NCBI GenBank assembly: GCA_044220955.1
Contig: JBGAQA010000034.1
Location: forward strand, 14,446-67,004
DNA length: 52,559 bases
Direction of reading: 5' to 3'
DNA from: Sandaracinaceae bacterium
Lineage (GTDB): Bacteria > Myxococcota_A > Polyangia > Polyangiales > Sandaracinaceae
Below are positions 46,600 through 52,559 of the stretch, in pieces (position 1 is the first letter of the stretch; each line of letters opens with the position of its first letter). The notes under the pieces were generated by a model. That model was given only the letters and a program-made list of their open reading frames with translations, made no database searches and was not told the DNA's origin. The position numbers were made by a program, and so were the translations under genes.

Positions 46600-48816
46600 A
46601 TGACGACGGAAGCTACCCTCCACCGGATCGCGCTGGTCGGAACGCACACGCCCCGCCGGTGCGGCATCGCGACGTTCACCGCCGACCTCGCGGACGCCCT
46701 GAGCGCATCGCTGCCGCGCGCCGACGTGCAGGTGCTCGCGCTGAACGACGTGGGCCATCGCTACGAGTATCCGGCGCGCGTCGTGCTGGAGATCACCGAC
46801 GCCGACCCCGCGTCGTACGCGCGAGCGGCCCGCGTCCTCGAGGAGAGCGGGGCGGACTGCGTCTCGCTCCAGCACGAGTACGGCATCTTCGGCGGACCGG
46901 CGGGGAGCCACGTGCTCGCGCTGCTCCGCGTGCTCCGCATCCCCGTCGTGACGACGCTGCACACGATCCTGCCAGCGCCCACCGCCGCGCAGCGGACCGT
47001 GATGGACGAGCTCACCCGGCGCTCGGCGCGGCTCGTCGTGATGAGCCACGGCGGGGCGGCGCTCCTTCGTGGCGTCCACGGCGTCGATCCGACGAAGATC
47101 GACGTCATCGCGCACGGGATCCCCCCGGCGCCGCTCCCCGACGGCACGAAGCACGAGCTCGGGCTCGCCGGACGATCGGTGATCCTCACCTACGGGCTGC
47201 TCTCCCCCGACAAGGGGATCGAGCGAGTCATCGAGGCGATGCCGGGGATCCTCGCGCGCGACCGCTCGGCGACCTACGTGGTGCTCGGTACGACCCATCC
47301 GCGAGAGCGCGAGACGAACGGCGAGCGGTACCGCGACTCGCTCGTCGCTCGCGCACGCGCGCTCGGCGTCGACGGCAGCGTGCTCTTCCGTGACCGCTAC
47401 GCGACCCCGGCCGAGCTCGCCAGCTACCTCGGCGCGGCGGACGTCTACGTGACGCCCTACCTGCAGCCCGACCAGATGAGCTCCGGCACCCTCGCCTACG
47501 CGGTCGGCGCGGGCAAGGCCGTGGTGTCCACGCCCTACCGCTACGCGCGCGAGATGCTGGCCGAGGGACGTGGCGTGCTCGTCGCCTCCCAGGAGCCGCG
47601 GGCGCTCGTCGACGCGATCGCAGGCCTGCTGGCCGACGCGCCACGCCGGGCGAAGATGGGAGCGCTCGGCCGCACGCTCGGTGCGACGATGCACTGGCCC
47701 GTGGTGGCGGGCCGGTACGCTGCGTCGTTCGTGCGCGCGATCGAGTCCGCTCCGCGCGGTCCGGCGCCCGTCGCGCGCACCGCCGGGCCGGGCGTCGAGC
47801 TCCCGCCGCTCGTGCTCGATCACCTGCGCGCCATGACCGACTCGACCGGCGTCTTGCAGCACGCGACCTACGATGTGCCCTGCTACGACGACGGGTACTG
47901 CCTCGACGACAACGCGCGCGCTCTCCTGCTCACCACCTGGCTCGACCCCGAGCGGGAGCCGCGCTCGCTGGAGGCGCGCTACCTCGCCTTCGTGGCACAC
48001 GCGCTCGGCCGCTCGACGGGCCGCTTCCGCAACTTCATGTCCTTCTCGCGGCGCTTCGCCGAGGAGGTGGGCTCGGAGGACTGCCACGGGCGTGCGCTCT
48101 GGGCGCTCGGCGCGGTCGTGCTGAGAGGCGCGCGCCCGGGCTCGCGCAGGCTCGCGCGCGATCTCTTCCTCGCCGCGCTGCCGGCGACCGACGCCTTCAC
48201 GAGCCCTCGCGGCTGGGCCTACACGCTGCTCGGTCTCGACGCCTATCTCTCGGCCATCGAGGCCGAGCCGGCCGCGCTCGCCGCGCGACGCACGCTCGCG
48301 CGACGGCTCTTCGAGCTGCTCGAGCGCACCGGGACGCTCGAGTGGCCCTGGTTCGAGGACAGGCTCACGTATGCCAACGCGCGCCTGCCGCACGCGCTGC
48401 TCGTGTCGGGGCTCGCCCTCGAGGACGAGGCGATGAGCGCCTCGGCGCTTCGCGCGCTCTCGTGGCTCGCCGCGCGACAGGACGTCGACGGCACGTTCTC
48501 ACCGATCGGGGCGCCCGGCTTCCACGTACGCGGTGGCCCGCGCGCGAGCTTCGACCAGCAGCCGCTCGAGGCCTGCGGGATGGTATCGGCGTCTCTCGCC
48601 GCGGGGCGCGCGACCGGAGATCCACGCTGGGGCGTCACCGCGCGCTCGGCGCTCGCTTGGTTCGTCGGCCAGAACGTGCTGCATCAGTCCCTCTACGACG
48701 AGACCACGGGCGCGTGTCGCGACGGGCTGCACGAGGATCGCCCGAACGAGAACCGCGGCGCGGAGTCGACGCTCTCGTTCCTGCTCGCGCTCGCCGAGAT
48801 GCGTGGTGCGTCATGA
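46600..48816 (+). CDS. GT4 glycosyltransferase fused to a C-terminal helical glycosidase-like domain
   Basis: PRRCGIATFT, LQHEYGIFGG, GLLSPDKGIE, SSGTLAYA; C-domain GYCLDDNARAL, WPWFE..LTY.NA, FDQQP, N.GAESTL. Confidence 0.9.
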   Translation: MTTEATLHRIALVGTHTPRRCGIATFTADLADALSASLPRADVQVLALNDVGHRYEYPARVVLEITDADPASYARAARVLEESGADCVSLQHEYGIFGGPAGSHVLALLRVLRIPVVTTLHTILPAPTAAQRTVMDELTRRSARLVVMSHGGAALLRGVHGVDPTKIDVIAHGIPPAPLPDGTKHELGLAGRSVILTYGLLSPDKGIERVIEAMPGILARDRSATYVVLGTTHPRERETNGERYRDSLVARARALGVDGSVLFRDRYATPAELASYLGAADVYVTPYLQPDQMSSGTLAYAVGAGKAVVSTPYRYAREMLAEGRGVLVASQEPRALVDAIAGLLADAPRRAKMGALGRTLGATMHWPVVAGRYAASFVRAIESAPRGPAPVARTAGPGVELPPLVLDHLRAMTDSTGVLQHATYDVPCYDDGYCLDDNARALLLTTWLDPEREPRSLEARYLAFVAHALGRSTGRFRNFMSFSRRFAEEVGSEDCHGRALWALGAVVLRGARPGSRRLARDLFLAALPATDAFTSPRGWAYTLLGLDAYLSAIEAEPAALAARRTLARRLFELLERTGTLEWPWFEDRLTYANARLPHALLVSGLALEDEAMSASALRALSWLAARQDVDGTFSPIGAPGFHVRGGPRASFDQQPLEACGMVSASLAAGRATGDPRWGVTARSALAWFVGQNVLHQSLYDETTGACRDGLHEDRPNENRGAESTLSFLLALAEMRGAS

Positions 48817-49775
48817 GCCGCATCCAGCAGCCGCTCTTCGTGCGCCACCCCTCGAGCCCGATCCTCCGGGCCTCCGAGTGGCCCTATCCCGCGCACTCCG
48901 TCTTCAACCCGGGCGCGACGATCCTGCCGGACGGCTCGACGCTCTTGCTCTGTCGCGTCGAGGACTACACCGGCCGCTCGCACCTCACGGCCGCACGGTC
49001 GACGAACGGCGTGGACAGCTGGGTCATCGATCGCGCGCCCACGCTCGCGCCCGACGTTGGACCGCACCCGGAGGAACGCTGGGGGCTCGAGGACCCCCGC
49101 ATCACCTGGATCCCCGAGCTGGGCCGCTACGCGGTCGCGTACACCGCGTTCGGCGAGGCCGGACCCGGCGTCGCGCTCGCGATCACGTCCGACTTCCAGA
49201 GGTTCGAGCGATGCGGGCTTGCGATGCCGCCCGACGACAAGGACGCGGCGCTCTTCCCACGACGCTTCGGCGGTCGCTTCGCGATGCTCCACCGTCCGAC
49301 GCGCGACGGGACGGCGGACATCTGGATCTCCTACTCCGCCGACCTGCGGGGCTGGGGCGATCCGCAGGTCGTCCTGCGCGCGCGTCGCGGCGGTTGGTGG
49401 GACACGTACAAGATCGGGCTCGCCACGCCCCCGATCGAGACGCCGCGCGGCTGGCTGGTGCTCTATCACGGCGTGCGTCGGACCGCGTCCGGGTGCCTCT
49501 ATCGCGTGGGCGCCGCGCTCTTCGACCTCGAGGCGCCCGAGCGCTGCCTCGCGCGCGGCGCGTCCTGGATCTTCGGACCCGAGGAGCTCTACGAGATCGA
49601 GGGCGACGTGCCGCGGGTCGTGTTCCCGTGCGGCCTCACCTGTGCCGACGGTGAGACCCTGAGCCTCTACTACGGCGCCGCCGACACGTGCATCGGCCTG
49701 GCGCGCGGCAGCGTCAGCGAGATCCTGGCGTGGCTCGCCGATCCGGCGAATGCCTCGCCGCCGGACGAGGTGTAG
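48813..49775 (+). CDS. GH130 family glycosidase / mannoside phosphorylase
   Basis: ATGA overlap; VFNPGA, GLEDPRIT, DKDAALFP, MLHRP, LYHGV, VVFPCG, YYGAADT. Confidence 0.9.
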   Translation: MSRIQQPLFVRHPSSPILRASEWPYPAHSVFNPGATILPDGSTLLLCRVEDYTGRSHLTAARSTNGVDSWVIDRAPTLAPDVGPHPEERWGLEDPRITWIPELGRYAVAYTAFGEAGPGVALAITSDFQRFERCGLAMPPDDKDAALFPRRFGGRFAMLHRPTRDGTADIWISYSADLRGWGDPQVVLRARRGGWWDTYKIGLATPPIETPRGWLVLYHGVRRTASGCLYRVGAALFDLEAPERCLARGASWIFGPEELYEIEGDVPRVVFPCGLTCADGETLSLYYGAADTCIGLARGSVSEILAWLADPANASPPDEV

Positions 49776-51531
49776 GGCGGCCGATCGCCGCGAGGAGCGC
49801 GTCGAGCTGCACCGGCTTGAGCAGCGAGCCCCGGAAGGAGCCGCTCGCCGAGGGCGCGCGCGCCGAGAGCGCGACGACGGGCACTCCAGGTCTGGCCCGG
49901 ACGAGCTCCACGCCGGCACCATCCTCGAGCGCGAGCTCCGTGAGCACGACGTCGACCTGGCCGGTGTGCGCGGCCTCGGCGAGCGTCGAGGCCGACGTCA
50001 CGAGGTGACCCTCCGAGCCGAGGAGCAGGCTCACGCGCTCGCGCTCGTGGACGTCGGGGTCGACGACGAGCACGCGCAGCGCGTGTCGGGGCGCATCGGC
50101 AGGCGCCGGCGTCACCTCACCGGGCGTGCTGCGCGCCCGCTCACCGGCGCGGCGGAGCTTCCGGTGCAGCGTCCGGCGATCGTAGCCGAGCACCTCGGCC
50201 GCGCGGGACTTGTTCCCTCCGACCATCGTGAGCACGTGGTGCAGGTAGGCGTGCTCCTGCGCGGACGCGCTCACGAGATCCTCCACGCGGTCGGCGAGCA
50301 GGCTCGTCACCGACGGCGCCGGCCTGAGGGCGTCCGGCTCCTCGGGCGCCCGGAGGTCGCTCTCGAAGTCCGCAGCTCCCAGCCGATCGGCGCGCGCCAT
50401 CGAGACGGCGCGCTCGATCGCGTTCTCGAGCTCGCGCACGTTGCCGGGCCACGCCCTGCCGAGCAGGGCGCCGAGCGCGGCGGGCGAGATCGTCCGCACG
50501 TCGCGGTCCTGCTCGCGCGCGAAGCGCCCGAGGAACGACTCGGCGAGCACGCGCAGATCTCCGAGGCGCTCCCGCAGCGGGGGCACGCGCACGTTGACGA
50601 CGTTGATGCGGTAGTAGAGATCCTCGCGGAAGCGCTTGGCGGCCACGTCCTCGAGCAGGTCGCGGTTGGTCGCCGCGATGAGGCGTGCGTCGAAGGGAAC
50701 CTCCGACGCGCTCCCGACCGGACGCACCGTCCGCTCCTGCAGCGCGCGGAGCAGCTTCACCTGCGTGCGGAGCGGCATCTCGCCGATCTCGTCGAGGAAG
50801 AGGCTGCCGCCGTTCGCCTCGAGGAAGAGGCCGCGCCGCGCGACCTTCGCGTCGGTGAACGCGCCGCGAGCATGTCCGAAGAGCTCGCTCTCGAGCAGCT
50901 CGTGCGGCAGCGCCGCGCAGTTCAGCGCGATGAAGGGCCCCGAGGCACGCCGGCTGCGCGCGTGGATGGCGCGTGCCACGAGCTCCTTGCCCGTGCCGCT
51001 CTCGCCCGTGACGAGCACGGTCGCCTGCGTGGGCGCGATGCGGGCGACGACATCGAGCACCTTCCGGATCGCCGCGCTCGTGCCGAGGATTCCCTCGAAG
51101 CCGCGGGCCGTCCGCACGTCGTCGCGCAGGCGAGCGACCTCGGCCACGAGCCGCCGCTGCTTGAGCGCGCGCTCGGTCGCGAGCGCGAGCAGCTCCGGGT
51201 CGAGCGGCTTGGTCAGGTAGTCGAACGCCCCCGCGCGCATCGCGTCGACCGCGGCGGCCATGGTCGCCGTCTCGGTGAGCACGAGGATCGGGAGCGTCGG
51301 CCGCGTCGTGAGGAGCTCGACGCAGAGCCCGAGCCCGCTCCCGCCCTCGCCGAGGCGAAGGTCGGTGAACACGAGGTCGAAGTCGGTCGTCAGCGCCGCC
51401 TCGATCGCCTCTTCCCGCGTGGCGACGGCGCGGACGGTGTGTCCGCGGGCGCGGAGCGCCGACGCCGTCGCTTCCAGCGCGTCGAGCTCGTCGTCGACCA
51501 CCAGCACGTGACCCCGGAGTGGTTCGCCCAT
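49714..51531 (-). CDS. sigma54-dependent response regulator (REC-AAA+-HTH) with an extra C-terminal receiver-like domain
   Basis: VLVVDDE...FTD...YLTKP; GESGTGKE, ESELFGH, GAFTDA, FLDEIGE, WPGNVREL; Fis-type HTH; second REC-like VLVVDPD...VVLTE...LLKP. Confidence 0.93.
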   Translation of the reverse strand: MGEPLRGHVLVVDDELDALEATASALRARGHTVRAVATREEAIEAALTTDFDLVFTDLRLGEGGSGLGLCVELLTTRPTLPILVLTETATMAAAVDAMRAGAFDYLTKPLDPELLALATERALKQRRLVAEVARLRDDVRTARGFEGILGTSAAIRKVLDVVARIAPTQATVLVTGESGTGKELVARAIHARSRRASGPFIALNCAALPHELLESELFGHARGAFTDAKVARRGLFLEANGGSLFLDEIGEMPLRTQVKLLRALQERTVRPVGSASEVPFDARLIAATNRDLLEDVAAKRFREDLYYRINVVNVRVPPLRERLGDLRVLAESFLGRFAREQDRDVRTISPAALGALLGRAWPGNVRELENAIERAVSMARADRLGAADFESDLRAPEEPDALRPAPSVTSLLADRVEDLVSASAQEHAYLHHVLTMVGGNKSRAAEVLGYDRRTLHRKLRRAGERARSTPGEVTPAPADAPRHALRVLVVDPDVHERERVSLLLGSEGHLVTSASTLAEAAHTGQVDVVLTELALEDGAGVELVRARPGVPVVALSARAPSASGSFRGSLLKPVQLDALLAAIGRPTPRPAARHSPDRRATPGSR

Positions 51532-51647
51532 GCACTCTCCGTAACACTCCGGCGCTGCGCTGCGCTCCTCCACGCCCGAGTGGGACGAATCGTGTTGCGA
51601 CTGTGACCGTTCCGGTCGTTTCGTCCCTCCGATCCGAGGCGATACGC

Positions 51648-51664
51648 TGGACACGCGCTTGCAT
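51648..51664 (+). promoter_or_regulatory. sigma54 (-24/-12) promoter
   Basis: TGGACACGCGCTTGCAT = GG-N10-GC with TTGCA, divergent from a sigma54 activator gene. Confidence 0.7.
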
Positions 51665-51685
51665 GGTGCCGGGCGAGGTCACCCC

Positions 51686-51988
51686 ATGACGCTGCCCCGC
51701 TACTTCGGTCCCGATCCCGCCCAGTCCCGGCTGCGCGCGACGCTCGCGACGCTCGATCGCCGGATCCGGCTCGTGAGCGAGGCGGGTCTGGGCGAGGACC
51801 TCGGCCGGCGGCTGCGCGTCTCGTTCGTCGCGCTCTCCGAGCAGCTGGCCCTCGGACCGGAGCCGGAGGTGCGCAGCTGCCCGCAGTGCGGCTGCGTGGG
51901 GATGCGCGCAGCCACCATCTGCGGGAACTGCTGGACGCGCCTCGGGGTGCTCGCCGCCATCGCTCCCGGCTCGGAGCTCGAGGTATGA
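51686..51988 (+). CDS. small helical protein with C-terminal zinc ribbon
   Basis: CPQC...CGNCW; GAGG upstream; ATGA overlap with the next gene. Confidence 0.75.
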   Translation: MTLPRYFGPDPAQSRLRATLATLDRRIRLVSEAGLGEDLGRRLRVSFVALSEQLALGPEPEVRSCPQCGCVGMRAATICGNCWTRLGVLAAIAPGSELEV

Positions 51989-52491
51989 ACGACACCAAGA
52001 TCGTCCAGGCGCTGCTCCGCAGTCGCGTCGAAGCCGAGCGCGTCATCACCGACCTGCGCAGCACCGGGATCTCACCGGACGACATCTCGCTGCTCTTGCC
52101 GGACGCGGGCATCCTCGATCACATCGCCACGCGCGCGGCCGTGACGCCGTCCGACGCGACGCCGAGACCGGGCAGTCCGCTCGGCATGCTGCGCGGGCTC
52201 GGCAGCGTGCACTGCTCCGGTGTCGAGCACCTCCTCGGCGCGGGCCCGATCCGGCGCGTGCTCGACGGGACGGGGATCCGCTCCGTGGCCGCCGCCCTGC
52301 GCTCGCTCGGGGTCACGGAGCAGCGCGCGGCCATGTACGAGGGACGCATCCGCGACGGCGGGATCTGGATGGCGGTGCACACCTCGCTCGGCAAGGAGCT
52401 CGGCGACGCACGGCGTATCCTCGCGCTGCACGGCGGCTACGAGGTCGGCATCGCCGCGCGGCCGGCGCCCGCGTTCGTCGCCAGGAGCTGA
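51985..52491 (+). CDS. general stress protein-like (YflT-type)
   Basis: AERVITDL...G...DDISLL, GAGPI, LGV....A..YE..I..GG..MAVH. Confidence 0.72.
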   Translation: MNDTKIVQALLRSRVEAERVITDLRSTGISPDDISLLLPDAGILDHIATRAAVTPSDATPRPGSPLGMLRGLGSVHCSGVEHLLGAGPIRRVLDGTGIRSVAAALRSLGVTEQRAAMYEGRIRDGGIWMAVHTSLGKELGDARRILALHGGYEVGIAARPAPAFVARS

Positions 52492-52504
52492 CTCGGCGTT
52501 CTCG

Positions 52505-52559
52505 AATTGCGTCGGCTCGCCTCTCCGGACCCTCCCGTCCGCGCGCTGCGCGCGCTCCG
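52505..52559. repeat. REP-like element copy C (cut by the window end)
   Basis: 32/35 identity to 28593..28627, with all stem segments conserved. Confidence 0.8.

Noticed and set aside
1..52559. Many long overlapping ORFs (e.g. 21273..26075, 3371..5599, 36054..37970)
   Set aside because: Arg/Ala/Pro-rich shadow frames expected in very high-GC DNA. Only frames with recognisable motifs or protein-like composition were kept, with starts trimmed.

Overview
A very GC-rich chromosomal window whose gene content (MYXO-CTERM tail, PEGA, AgmX/PglI-type C-termini, Glt-like TPR/barrel genes, Cys-rich lipoproteins) points to a myxobacterium, probably Polyangiales/Sandaracinus-like (inference). I read about 42 CDS and one tRNA-Gln(UUG). 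I see no CRISPR array, transposase, integrase or prophage. Housekeeping genes (murI, fur, rsgA, msrB, infA, pabB, dnaA, cysK) are interleaved with envelope and accessory genes. The best leads are: (1) a coupled pair of a pseudo-receiver/GAF/PAS/PAS protein ending in a His-phosphotransfer domain with no ATPase domain and a complete kinase, with no response regulator nearby; (2) a four-gene GltA/B-X-GltC-GltD-like operon; (3) a sigma54 island with an activator carrying an extra C-terminal pseudo-receiver, a -24/-12 promoter, and a GT4 + GH130 pair; (4) two families of dispersed structured repeats; (5) a divergent cluster of protease lipoproteins; (6) two secreted proteins ending in AgmX/PglI-type domains; (7) a stand-alone dnaA with a candidate origin-like upstream region; (8) repeated -10 boxes immediately before start codons, suggesting leaderless mRNAs. 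All family calls come from motif recognition by eye, not from database searches.
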